Assembly: GCA_010093745.1 (NCBI GenBank)
Contig: MU005963.1
Span: 144,217 to 208,216 of the forward strand
Length of the DNA stretch: 64,000 nt
Origin: Piedraia hortae CBS 480.64
Lineage: Eukaryota
Reading direction: 5' to 3'
Part shown: in pieces, positions 44,952-57,146 of the stretch
Layout: each line of letters begins with the position of its first letter
Numbering within the stretch: position 1 is the stretch's first letter
The notes under the pieces: generated by a model
What the model was told of the DNA's origin: nothing
What the model saw: the letters and a program-made list of their open reading frames with translations, nothing else
Database searches by the model: none
Program-made: the position numbers and the translations under genes

Positions 44952-45473
44952 GAGTTGCATTCTACTCTGTCGCCAGTTACATATAGAGGGCTGATGCCAG
45001 ATGACGCCGGCGGTTTTCGGCTGCCCACAAAGCCGGAGGTGTTATGTACATATAAAATCCGAATTACGTGCTGTATATTACAGGTTACCAAACAAAGAAC
45101 GACGCTGATGACTAATCATGCAGTGACACACTCGCCACGTGGTTGTCACACACCTTTATTCCACCACTCTTTGCGGCCTTCTTTTGTGGAGGTGGCATCC
45201 GCAAACTGCGCGGTGTAGCTGCAAGGAAACTTACTGCTACCATCTCAATTGTGCCATCCAGTGATTGCTGCAAATAACACCCGTAGGCGCCCCACCATAA
45301 TCGCTGCGTTTTCCGGCACGGCGGCTGTCATATTATCGGTGACGACGTTGGCTGCAAAGCGCAGACTCGGGGCAGAGGAGGTGCCGATAGCGTCGGCTCA
45401 ACCTGCAACCAAAAAGAGACTTACGGGGGCGAAGACACTGTCCCTCGGTCAATTTACTTCGGCCTCGCTCAAC

Positions 45474-47060
45474 ATGGAGTCGGACGATGACATGGCCAGC
45501 GTGACGTCCAGCGGCCTCGATGATACCAGTAGCGTGGGATTTGGTGCCGATGAATCTGACGAGGATTTCGTTGAGTACCAGAGCGACGACTCTGACGCCT
45601 ATGAGGCCGAAAAGCCCAAGAAATCCGCGTTTGAGGTTGATTACACCGTCTACAGCCCGAGCGCAATCCAGGAGCAGCAGGACAAGCAAGTTTCTGAGGT
45701 GGCCATGCTCATGAACCAGCCGCGCGAGGCTGCCGCCATACTACTGCGATACGCTCGGTGGAACAAGGAGTGGCTGGTTGACAAGTACGTGGACAATGAG
45801 GAAAACCTGCTCAAGAGTGCTGGTCTGGGTGAGGCTTCGAAAACCCCGCCGCGCATCGAGAAGAAGCCGGGCTTTGAATGTGAAATCTGCTGTGAAGACG
45901 GTTCGGGGCTGGACACGTTTGCCCTGAGCTGTGGCCACCGTTTCTGTGTCAATTGCTACCGGCACTATCTGGACCAGAAAATCTCAGAAGAGGGCGAGGC
46001 GGCACGCATCCGCTGTCCGGGCGAGGGCTGCAATCAGATCCTCGATGCGCGCTCGTTGCATCTGTTGCTGTCGCAGAAGCTCCTGGCACGCTACAATGAG
46101 CTGCTGACGCGCAGCTATGTTGACGACCGCGAGCCACTTAAGTGGTGTCCAGCACCCGAGTGCGTCTACGCCATCGAGTGCAGCGTCAAGCCAAGTGATC
46201 TGAAGTATATTGTGCCTACGGTGACGTGCGATTGCCACTACGCGTTTTGCTTTGGGTGTACTCTGGCCGATCACCAGCCAAGCCCCTGTACGATCGTCAA
46301 ACGCTGGCTGAAGAAATGCGCAGATGACTCGGAAACGTCCAACTGGATCTCGGCAAACACCAAGGAGTGTCCCAGATGCCAGTCGACGATCGAGAAGAAC
46401 GGCGGGTGCAACCATATGACATGCCGGAAGTGCAGGCACGAGTTTTGCTGGACCTGCATGGGCCTCTGGTCGGAGCACGGCACCAGTTGGTACAGTTGCA
46501 ATCGGTTTGAAGAGAAGAGTGGTAGCGATGCTCGCGACGCCCAGGCTAAAAGCCGGATGTCCCTAGAACGCTACCTCCATTACTACAATCGGTATGCCAA
46601 CCACGAGCAGTCGGCGCGCCTCGACAAGGACATTTTCCACAGAACGCAAAGGAAAATGGAGCACCTACAGAATAAATCGGGCCTATCGTGGATTGAGGTG
46701 CAATTTCTCAAAGACGCTTCGCAGGCCTTGCAGCAGTGCCGTCAGACGCTCAAGTGGACCTATGCCTTTGCGTTTTATCTAGCACGTAACAATCAGACTG
46801 CCATGTTCGAGGACAACCAAAAAGATCTCGAAATGGCCGTGGAAAACCTTAGCGAGATGTTTGAGAAGCCTACCGAACAGCTCGCCGATCTCAAGCTCGA
46901 TATGTTGAACAAGATGGCCTATTGCCAAAGACGTCGCGTAATCCTACTAGATGAGACTGCTAAGGACCTTCGAGATGGTAAGTCTTTGAAATGTTACGAG
47001 ATCAGCGGCTAACTTGAATGATTAATAGGCAAGTGGGAATACAACGTTGATGATCTGTAG
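45474..47060 (+). CDS. ARI1: Ariadne RBR E3 ubiquitin ligase; intron 46978-47028
   Basis: RING1 CEICC..CGHRFC, IBR WCPAPEC, RING2 TKECPRCQSTIEKNGGCNHMTC, Ariadne domain LERYLHYYNRY; last exon encodes GKWEYNVDDL*. Confidence 0.94.
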
Positions 47061-47265
47061 GTAGAGAGGTAATCGGGAGACGAATTCACGATGTAGACCA
47101 ATTTTCGCCTAACATTCTGTTGTTCATAGCGTGTGTTCATCATGGAGCTTGGCAGAGATAACAATATTCTTACACCCAACCTGGCAAAGAAGTTCTTACA
47201 ACGAGTGCTTACAATACATGAATTCGAGTGCTGAAAACGCAGAAAAACAACTACAGGAGAACACT

Positions 47266-49361
47266 TTAGGCGCCTCTCGCATAAGGGTGGAAACCACGAT
47301 GCCCCCCTCTCCCACCACCGCGATAATTCGCACCTGGTCGTCCCGCATTTCTCGGACCCGTGGGAGCATTAGCAGGGGCCTGAGGAGTGCCAGCCGCGGA
47401 TGGAGGCGTACCCGTCGCACCACCGCCACGTTGTCCTGCACCATAACCCCCTCTCATATGTCCCGGAGCGGGAACATCATCATACATCCCCTCCCATGAA
47501 CTGCTGTTTCCCATACCCATGCCCATGCCTATACCACCCATACCCATATTCATCCCCCCCATATCCTGCCCCTGATGCTGTCCCTCTTGACTAGGCGAAC
47601 CGGGATGCATCGGGGACCCATCCCCCGTGGAACTACTCGGCTGACCACCCATCATCTGTTGCATCATCCCCTGACGAGCCATCATCTGCTGCATCATAGC
47701 CGGATGCATTGCACCCATCCCGCCCATCGAATTCGCCGTCATCTGCTGCTGCATCATCTGGAAATACTGCTGCATGCGCTGCCAATAAGCCGCCATCATC
47801 GCAGGACTCATCTGTTGCCCTCCTGCGCCTGCGGTGCTCCCCGCGCGGTTAAAAAGCGGTCCTCCGCCGTTTTTGTTGAGTTTGTTAAGACCCCGGGGGT
47901 CTTGTTCTCTCATATCGCCGCGAGGCTGAGCACGTTTGATTTCTATGTATTTGTTGCAGATGGAGAGAGGTTGTTCGAGTGTGCGGTCTACGGCTGCGTC
48001 GTTGTCGAAAGTTACAAAGCCGAAGCCACGGGGACGGTTGGTGTTTTTATCCATCATGAGAGTTGCGTCTAGTACATTGCCGAATTGTTTGAAGTAGTTC
48101 TTAAACGTCTCTTGATCACATTCTTGGCTTACGCCCCCGACGAAGATCTTCGCTGTGCGTTCCTGCTCATCACGCGGGATGGCACGTTTGGGGTCGATCT
48201 GGGAGATGTATTAGTTGGGGTTGGGTTTTGGAGGTTGGGTGGGATATACCAGTTTGCCATCGAGCATATGCTCCTTTACCATGACGGTGTTGACATTTTT
48301 CGGGTCTTTGAAAGTGAGGAAGCCAAAACCTCGAGAGCGGCCCGTTGCTCCATCTCGCATCACCGTGCATTCAATGACTTCGCCGAATTGTGAGAAATAG
48401 GCTTTGAGGGATTCTGTTTCGAGGCGTTAGTTGCCTTTTTTTTTTTTTTGCTTGCATATTCGAGTCTCTTACCATCTGTAGTCTCCCAATTTAATCCGCC
48501 AATGAACATTTTACTACACCGTGTCAGCGAGTTGTTACATGATGGAGTTTTCCGGCAATTGTGTGCGTGCGTCGTGCGGTATATGGGTTGGATTCCCCAC
48601 GCAGATAATTTACGGTTCTCCCCAGATCAGCAGTGGTGAAGACAGTGACGATTGTCAGTTGCGCATATACTGGTGACTTGTGGATCTTTTGGACGCTAAT
48701 CAAAGCTTGGCAAGCGATATCTCATCGGCTACCTTGAGTCTGTCTCTGCTGTCTGCTATGACGCTAAGCTGTCGTTTATCGACATCATTGATAGCTAGAA
48801 GGTTTCTTTCTTTTGAGGTCCTGCATCTAAACCCGACAGTCCTCCATCCACGGGACATGACCCCAGGTATCAATTACAGTCCTCTGGTGATGCTCTCCCA
48901 CATAAAAGGGAGGCAATGCATATTTAAAAGATCGACTGCTAGGCTGATTCAAATGCGGTCTTCCGGCCATGCTTCGTCATGGTTGCTGTTTCATAACCCA
49001 CCGCACAAACGCACACACACAATCGCACTGGTGAAACTTACCCGTCATCCTTTTGCACGAACGGCCGTGCGGCGGGAGCACTGTCCGTACCGGTGTCGGA
49101 TCCATCGTAATCATAACGCACGTTTACGTCTGATTCGCTGTCTGCCGGTGGCTGCGCCGTGGATGTCACGACTGTCGCTTGACTGGTCTCATCCCGCTCG
49201 TGCTCCGGTTCCTGCTGTGCCGTTGTCGTCGTCGTCGTCGCTGCAGTTGCGGCGGCGGCGGCTGGGGCAGGCTGGGCCTCTGGTTTACTGGCTACAGGCT
49301 CTTCAACATCAGCATAGATGTCGGCGAACAAGTCATCGTCTTCGTAGCTTGCGTCCGCCAT
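47266..49361 (-). CDS. HRP1: Hrp1/Nab4-like tandem-RRM hnRNP; exons 49361-49042, 48513-48473, 48413-48250, 48198-47266
   Basis: EDDDLFADIY...KDDG|KMFIGGLNWETTD|ESLKAYFSQFGEV...RSRGFGFLTF...DGKL|IDPKRAIPR...RPRGFGFVTF...GFHPYAR (PY-NLS); all three introns GT-AG and frame-consistent. Confidence 0.93.
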
Positions 49362-49654
49362 GGCTGTTGTAAGATCAGTTCTGTGGAAAACAGGTGGTCA
49401 GTTCGTGTTTGGGGAGAAAGCGCGTGGGTCCGCGGCGAAAAAAAGGCTGGTGGGGGTCCGAGCGCCTGGCGTCAGCGCGGGACGATCCGAGCGTGCAGCT
49501 ACGCCGCCAATCACGCGCCAACTATGACCGCATCCGGTGCGGACGAGGCGAACGCTGTCGAATATGAATTTCAATAAGCCGTCTCGTCAGGTATTACATT
49601 TGCTCTCGGATCTTTGTGCGCCGCGCTGACCCCCATGCTTTTCTCCAGCAGGAG

Positions 49655-51564
49655 ATGGTTCAGGTCGGTACGCTCAACGTCGGCGTAGCGTATCGGACGG
49701 CGAGCTAATATGGATCTCTGGGCTTTTATAGACCGCACAGAGTATGTATTGTTTTGTTTTTTCGATCAAATGGCTAACGAAAAGCGCAGAACCGCCTCTC
49801 CGTTTTGGCGAATGCCATCAGCTAATAGCGCCCGTGATAAACAACAGGCTCAGCAGCCGAAGCGCAAAGTCATTGGAGCATCTTACAGCCATGCCGATGT
49901 TTTGAACTTGAGTAGTCTGTATGCACCACTCTTGTTTCTACTTTCTTTTTCTTGTGCTGATGTTCTGCCATAAGATCTCTCGGTAGCGAATCTAGGCCAA
50001 GGACGCCGCCTGTGTTGACTCGCCAAAAGAGCACTCCGCCACCTAGTCGGTTACAAGCCCAATCGAAACTTCAGGGGCTTGGAAATGGCAGTCACGACGA
50101 AGAAGACCCACTTGACTACGATGAGGACGAAGATGAGTTTGGCTTACCGAGTTTGACTTCTGTGCAACGAAAACCTAAGCCAAAATCGACACAAAAGTTG
50201 CCCGACTTGGGCTCAAGGCCTAACTCGTCTAGTCGAAGAAATCCTACAACTCTTTCTACCTCTGTGTGGGCGGCTGACAACGGGGATGTGGCTGAAGAAC
50301 GAGCTGTGCCCACGTATCCCATGCCCAAAGCTGGCGAAGGAAAAATTCTCCGCCCTCAATATAAGGACATTTTGCGGGATCCTGCTAATTCTCTGCATCT
50401 CATCAATCACCCAACACTCTCTCCCAATGCTTCAGCCAAAGACATCGAAGCCCATTCTTCTCGTGTCCTGCGCATAAACAAATTCAAGAAAATGCTGCAA
50501 TCAAGCTCCATCAACCTGGCGGAACTGCGTAATTCTGCGTGGTCTGGGCTGCCTTCAGAAGTTCGTGCAATGACATGGCAGCTCTTGTTGGGTTATTTGC
50601 CGTCGAGCAGTGAAAGGAGGGTGGCTACCTTGGAGCGAAAACGAAGAGAATATCTGGATGGTGTGAGACAAGCGTTTGGCAGGAGCGGTGTGAGCAGCGA
50701 AATGCCCGGTGTGCCCTTTAATGGGAAGGCAAGTCGAGGGCGTGGTCTGGACGAGTCGATTTGGCATCAAATCAGTATCGATGTGCCGCGCACAAACCCG
50801 CACCTGGAACTCTACAGTTACGAGGCGACCCAACGCTCGCTTGAGCGAATATTATACGTCTGGGCCATCCGACATCCGGCATCGGGCTACGTTCAAGGCA
50901 TCAATGACTTGGTCACACCGTTTTGGCAAGTCTTTCTTGGGCAATACATTACGGATCCAGAGGTGGAGTCTGGCATGGATCCCGGGCAGCTACCAAAGCC
51001 AGTGCTTGATGCGGTCGAAGCGGATAGTTTCTGGTGTTTGTCAAAGCTATTAGATGGTATCCAAGACAATTACATCCACGCTCAGCCGGGAATCCTAAGA
51101 CAAGTTTCTGCCCTGCGGGATCTCACCTCTCGCATCGACGGTGCGTTGGCCAAGCACATGGAGAATGAAGGTGTTGAATTTATCCAATTCAGCTTTCGCT
51201 GGATGAACTGCCTGCTCATGCGCGAGTTTAGTGTCAAGAATACAATCCGCATGTGGGACACGTATCTTGTGAGTTTGACATGGGCAGAGCATTACATTTG
51301 ATGCTGACTACGAATCAGGCTGAGGATCAAGGCTTCTCGGCATTCCACCTGTACGTGTGTGCTGCCTTTCTCGTCAAATGGTCCGACAGGCTGCAGCATA
51401 TGGACTTTCAGGAAATCCTCATGTTCCTGCAGTCGCTCCCAACCCGTGACTGGGGAGAAAAAGACATTGAACTCTTATTATCCGAAGCGTTCATCTGGAA
51501 AAGTTTATTCGCAGGCAGCAAGGCCCACGTTCTTCAAACGAGCGGTGGAACCTTGAACTTGTAG
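49655..51564 (+). CDS. GYP1: TBC-domain Rab GAP Gyp1; exons 49655-49667, 49732-49741, 49790-49918, 49975-51268, 51319-51564
   Basis: IWHQISIDVPRT, GYVQGINDL, EADSFWCL, FRWMNCLLMRE; spliced N-terminus MVQVDRTETASPFW reconstructed through four GT-AG introns. Confidence 0.93.
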
Positions 51565-51591
51565 CCTAATGACCAAAACAATGATGAAAAA

Positions 51592-52646
51592 TTAATCGTC
51601 TACATCCAGCAATTTGACCAGCCCCTCAGCCGGCGGCAAAAACTGTCTCAACTGCACCTTTGCCTCCTTAAAAATCCTCGCCGCGTCCGCATCCATGTAA
51701 TAACTCTGGCTATAAACGACCTCCGTGATCCCCGCCTGCACTATCTTGATCGTACACGTCAAACAGGGGCAAGTATTGCAATACAACACCGCACCGCCCC
51801 CAATCCTCTCCCTCCCCGCCTCCAAAAGCGCATTCTCCTCTGCATGAATACACAAACACGTACTCAACGCCGCACCCCCTCCCCCACCAGAATTACACCT
51901 CTCACACCCCCCCTCATTACAATTCCTCACGTTCCTCGGCGTGCCATTATATCCCGTCGAAATCACCCTCTTTTCCCTCACAATCACGCACCCAACTTGC
52001 CTCCTCATACAATTACTTCTCCTCGCCGCAAGACCCGCCAACTTCATAAAATACTGATCCCACGTCGGCCTTAGCCTCCTCTGATCCAACAAATCAACCC
52101 CGTCAAGCACAGCATACAACCTCTCCACCGAACTCGTAGCATTCAGAAGCTTAATCCCCGCGCGGGATTCCAATCCTGCGATCCCCGTCATGGGACTATA
52201 CAGCCTCTCATCATTCTTCAACACAAACTCCTCCAACGTCGGAGCAGGGCGTGAGGCTCTGTGACAGCAGTCCCTGAACCTTTCCCAGCGGAGGGTTATT
52301 GGAGCGTCGATGTAGATTAGGATGAAGAAGGGTCTTTGGGAGAGTTGATCGACGGTAGCTTCGTCGTAGATGGAGGATGTGACGAAGTTGGATTGCCAGT
52401 TTTTTAGTGCAAAGTCGAGGAGGGAGGAGATGGAGGGGAATTCTTTGGTGGGGTAGACGTGAGGTGTAGTGTCTGAGATTTCGACTTCTGGAGTGTGTTG
52501 GGTGGTGAGCTTGAGTTCGATAAAGTCGTGCTTGGATAGGAGGTGCTGTTTGACGGAGTTTTTGCCGGCGCAGACGCCTGACGGAGGGTTAGTTGATTGG
52601 GAGAGGGGAAGGGGGATGGAGTACCGCCGCAGATTCCGATTAGCAT
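51592..52646 (-). CDS. DCD1: dCMP deaminase; intron 52624-52578
   Basis: MLIGICG|GVCAGK P-loop-like N-domain; RPTWDQYFM, STGYNGTPR, CIHAEENAL, PCLTC. Confidence 0.94.
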
Positions 52647-53057
52647 TTGTGTTTTGGGTTGTCTTTGTGGAAATATGTGTGCGGGCGTGCTTGTGTTGTT
52701 TTGCTGTCCCCCTTGGGCAGGCACGCCGGAGCTGTGTGGTGTTGGCTATATTGTGTTTTGTCTATATGATGATTACTTACGGCCATAGGTTGCAGAGAAC
52801 AGAGGATCCCGTCCGCTCTCCTGAACTTAAGCTGCAAACCGGCGGATTAGTACTACGGTGGGTGACCACGTGGGAATCCCCGCTGCTGTAAGTTTTTTTT
52901 TTTTCCTTTTCCATCACTTTAACAAAAGTCACAAGGACTCGGAACTTTACCAATTATTCTTATCTGAGACTCTGCCAAGGTGGGCCGACCCCCGCTGTGG
53001 GGTAACTTCCAAGGTTCCACCAACCTGTCAGGTCTGTTTACAAACATTTACAACACA

Positions 53058-55283
53058 ATGTCGCTACAACCGATCCAGTATGCGCCGTGGCAGTCTGATG
53101 TCGAACTCGCGTTTTGCTCGGCGCTCGCGTCGTCCAAGGTCAACCATGATAAGCTTGACAGCTCAGCGCGAAAGGTACTGGGTCTGTACGAAGTAAACCA
53201 CAAGAACCCGCCGGAACGCAGCACGCGCATGCAGATACACGCCTCGGCGTTGACGGCCGATGAGTAGGTGAATAAATATACAGGGGACTTACGAGGCTGA
53301 GCGTTTGGTAGAAGTCCCCGGGGATATTACCGAGCTGAAGGGCTCATTCGGAATTACAACACCATGGAAGAGTACCGACATGTTGATAAATCGGCTCATA
53401 TTGAGCGAGCGGGTAAGACTATCCGGGACGCGATCAACGACGGGACGATTTACTCTTGTCCGAGTTTGTTGAGTTCGTTTTCGGCGGTTTGTTTTGTGGA
53501 TTTGAAGAAGTACAAGTTCTCGTATCATTTTGCGTTTCCGTGTATTCATTCGGACCCGCCGTGGAAGGCGAAGGGGGTTGAGACCGGGGGCGTGGTTCAG
53601 CATTTGGGATCGAGGGAGACGGAGGCTTTGGTCGACGTTGTGCAGACTTGGCGGTATGGTGTTGATTCTAGACAACATGGATTCTTCCTTGCGAAGCGGA
53701 TTAAGAAGGAGGTGTTGGAGGCTCAGTGGCGTCAGGGACCCGGACGGGGTGAGGTTGAGGAGGAACCTGATGATGATGGAAATATGAATATGGCTGCTCA
53801 ACGACGGCGTAAGTCGAGGACGCTGAGTCTAGGGGAACTTGGGTTCCTCTGGCAAGTTGCTCCGTTGGCGGAATATGAGAATGGGTTTTTCAATTCCGCT
53901 GATGAAGCTGATCGCTTTGTGTGCTTTGCTGACCCATCAACTTACCCTGCGAACCCGGCCTGGCCTCTGCGCAACTTACTGGTTCTGGTGCGGCAGAAAT
54001 GGAAATTGGATAAAGTCCAGGTGCTCTGTTATAGAGATGTCCACGTCCGACGAGAGCATCCGACTAGTTTGATTCTACAACTTGAATCGTCGGGCCCGAC
54101 ACAGCAAGATGGCCAATTCAAAGTTACGGGATGGGAACGCAATGAACAAAACAAAGTCATGTCAAAGACAATCGACCTAGCAGCATACATTGATCCGCTG
54201 AGACTGGCTGATCAGGCCGTCGATCTCAACCTCAAACTCATCAAGTGGCGCATCTCTCCTCATATCGACCTCGACATTGTCAAAAACACTTCCTGCCTCC
54301 TCCTCGGGGCCGGTACGCTGGGCTCGTACGTCGCTCGGGTACTGATGGGATGGGGCGTGCGTAACATCTCCTTTGTCGACAACGGCCGCGTTAGCTATAG
54401 CAATCCCGTCAGACAGCCGCTTTACGATTTCAAGGATTGCGAAAATGGCGGTGCGAATAAAGCAGAAAGAGCAGCAGACGTGCTTGCGGAAATCTTCCCC
54501 GGCGTTTACTCCCATGGATATAACATCTCCGTACCAATGGTGGGACATGCAGTCACCGACGAAGAGAAGATGAAGCACGATTTCGAAATACTAAAAGGAC
54601 TAATTGCCTCCCACGACGCTATATTCCTACTCCTAGACAGCAGAGAGGCGCGATGGCTGCCTACAGTCATGGCCAAAAGCTTGGGAAAAATCGTCATCAA
54701 CGCAGCTCTTGGATTCGACACCTACGTAGTCATGAGACACGGTCTCCGTCCTAACGATAACGAGGAAGAGCTGGGATGCTACTTTTGCTCCGATGTTGTA
54801 GCTCCAGCGGATAGCATGACCAACGCAACGTTGGACCAGCAGTGTACCGTCACACGACCGGGAGCAGCTCCTCTGGCTTCAGCATTTGCTGTTGAGCTGC
54901 TTGTCAGCATTGTGCAACACGAACTGAAAGCACGAGCACCAGCGCCTCCTGCACCAATCTCCATCGGGATCCAGAGTCCCCCACCGACTGACCCTTCCAT
55001 CCCAGGGAGCCATCCTCTAGGCACAGTCCCACATCAGCTTCGCGGATACATGTCCACATGGCAGACCATTCCCGTAACGAGCAAAGCGTATAACTGCTGC
55101 GCAGCATGCTCTCCAGCTGTCGTTGCCGAGTACGCACGCCGGGGATGGGAATTCGTCAAACGGGCCATGACGGAGCGGGGGTGGGTGGAAGAACTCAGTG
55201 GTCTGGCACAAGTACAAAGAGAAGCTGAGGCGGCGGAAAAGGAAATTGAAATTCTTTCTGATGACGAAGCGGAACTGGTGTAG
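53058..55283 (+). CDS. ATG7: Autophagy E1-like enzyme Atg7; intron 53264-53311
   Basis: KVNHDKLD, DLKKYKFSYHFAFP, DLNLKLIKWR, LLGAGTLG, SNPVRQ, catalytic LDQQCTVTRPG. Confidence 0.96.
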
Positions 55284-55384
55284 GATATTCCTTTGGACTG
55301 AAAATGAATTCTTTCTGACGTAGTCCACCCTTTTTGAATTCCCATCCCATCCCATTCCGCTTCCCCTTAATCCTCCCTCAAGAT

Positions 55385-56935
55385 CTACCCCCCAAAATCC
55401 CACCTCCCAAACCCCCCCCTCAACACCCTAGCATCTTTCTCCTCCTCCTCCAAACTCTGCACCACATCCCTCCACTCACTCCTCCCATCCAACCCCAACA
55501 AACCAGCAACAACCCGTCTCGGAAAGCGCACATCAAACCCCTCCCCCAACCCCATCTCCATCTCCTCACATCCGCCCCCCTCGTCCCAAATAAAAACCCT
55601 CAGCACCTCCCCCTCCAAACCATCCTTTACAAACCCACAATACCCCATCTCCCTCCCCTTCTCAACAAACGCCTCCCCCACACAGCCCGCCACACCCGCC
55701 GGCAACCCCACGACTTGCACGTGGAAATGCACTCCCCCCAGTCTACTGATCTCCCACCCCACCGCCCCTAGGTTCTTTTCCCTAAGCATCCCCACCACCG
55801 CTTCCTGATACTTCCTCATTTCGCGAAGCGCCTCTCCCTCCGGACAGAGAGGCGTATGGTCGAGGGGAATTATCATCACATGGCCGGGGATGGGGAGGTA
55901 ATCCCTCGTTAGGAGTGGACCGCGCGGGAGAGAAAGGTAGGCATGCTCCGCGATGGAGATGATTAAATGGGGGGTGGGGGTTGTGGAGAGACAGAGGAAA
56001 CATTCTTTCTGTTTCGGTTTGGGGGCACGACGGGGACGTTTTGAGGGAGGGGGAGGGGGAGGGGGAGGCATACTCCGCTTAAGTGCCTGCTGTGTAAAGG
56101 GGTTGGGCGTACACTTCGGGGTCACTGTAGGGGGCTTGAGGACGAAAGCGTACATGCTCTTTTGGGTGGTCGTGGAGAGGGAGATGAACCTCGTGATCCT
56201 CTCGGATGGAGGAGGGTAGGAAAAAGGCTCCCGCTCGTAGAAGCATTTGCTGACGGAGAAGTGGTACCGCGGCTGGAGGGCTTTTGTTAGTTTCGCGATT
56301 AGTGGGCTGGGTGTGTATCCCTCCGGGGATGGGAGGGTGGAGGCTTGGGCGACTCCTTCGGGCCAGTCGTGAGTTAGGAGGATGTCGACTCCATGGGGAT
56401 ATTTCGTGGTCAGGGGGGGGAGGTCGGTGGGTGCGTATGGTACTTTTTTTGCTGCGTTGGGATGGTGAGTTTCTTTGTCAGCGGCAGATGCGTTTCCGTT
56501 TGCGTCGTTTTTGGTCTCGCACTCGCCTTCGCTCGCGCACGTCCCGCCCAACGCGGCGATAGCTGTGCCTTCAAGGGTAGTGATGCTTCCGCGTTGGCCT
56601 AGAAAGGTTATACCTTCGACGATCTCGCCGTCGGGGTGCGAGGCTAGGTGCTGGGCGAGTTGACTCGGGAGCTCGGTCGAGCCTTGGGTAAAGTAGATGG
56701 GTAGACCTGCTGGGTAGGGGATTTTTCCGGAGAGGAGGGCAGGTATTTCGGGAGCAGTGCTGGGCGGAAAGAGGTTCAATATCACCGCAAAGGTGAATTT
56801 TTGCTTGGTGTGTAGTATTGTGAGCTTTTCGAAGAGAAAGGCGAGGGTGCTGTTGTTGGTGAGGACTATTCTGTTTTGCGGTGAGTTTTGGGTTTAGGTA
56901 GGTTGGAGGACGGACATTTTGGGATACGTTGCCAT
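55385..56935 (-). CDS. CWF19L1/Drn1-like CwfJ-domain splicing/debranching-associated protein; intron 56915-56871
   Basis: VDILLTHDWP, PRYHFS...FYEREPF, TRFISL, CFLCLS, GHVMIIP, HFHVQ, FPRRVVA, EEEEKD. Confidence 0.87.
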
Positions 56936-57146
56936 GGCTGGGTCTGAATGGGGTTTGAATATGGTTGGTTGTCGTTACAGTAGCTACGTGACAACCTATG
57001 AGATTAGGGTTGGTGGTGCGTCGAGATGGAGGCCGCCCGGAAAAAAAAAAATCTGTGCGATGCGAGCTTGAACAAGTGACTGTCCGAACGTTATAGGAGG
57101 GTCTTCCCATTATATGATGAAGACTTTACTCATACAAACATAAAAA

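Noticed and set aside
45249..45473. 75-aa N-terminal extension of Ariadne from a TTG start
   Set aside because: The family-typical start MESDDD is at ATG 45474; the extension is probably 5' UTR.
48680..49372. 230-aa + strand ORF over HRP1 exon 1/intron 1
   Set aside because: Antisense to a well-supported gene, non-ATG start, no recognisable motifs.
10015..55283. Autophagy/ubiquitin gene cluster (NBR1, ATG7, ARI1, APC1)
   Set aside because: The genes are tens of kb apart among unrelated housekeeping genes; co-occurrence is expected by chance.
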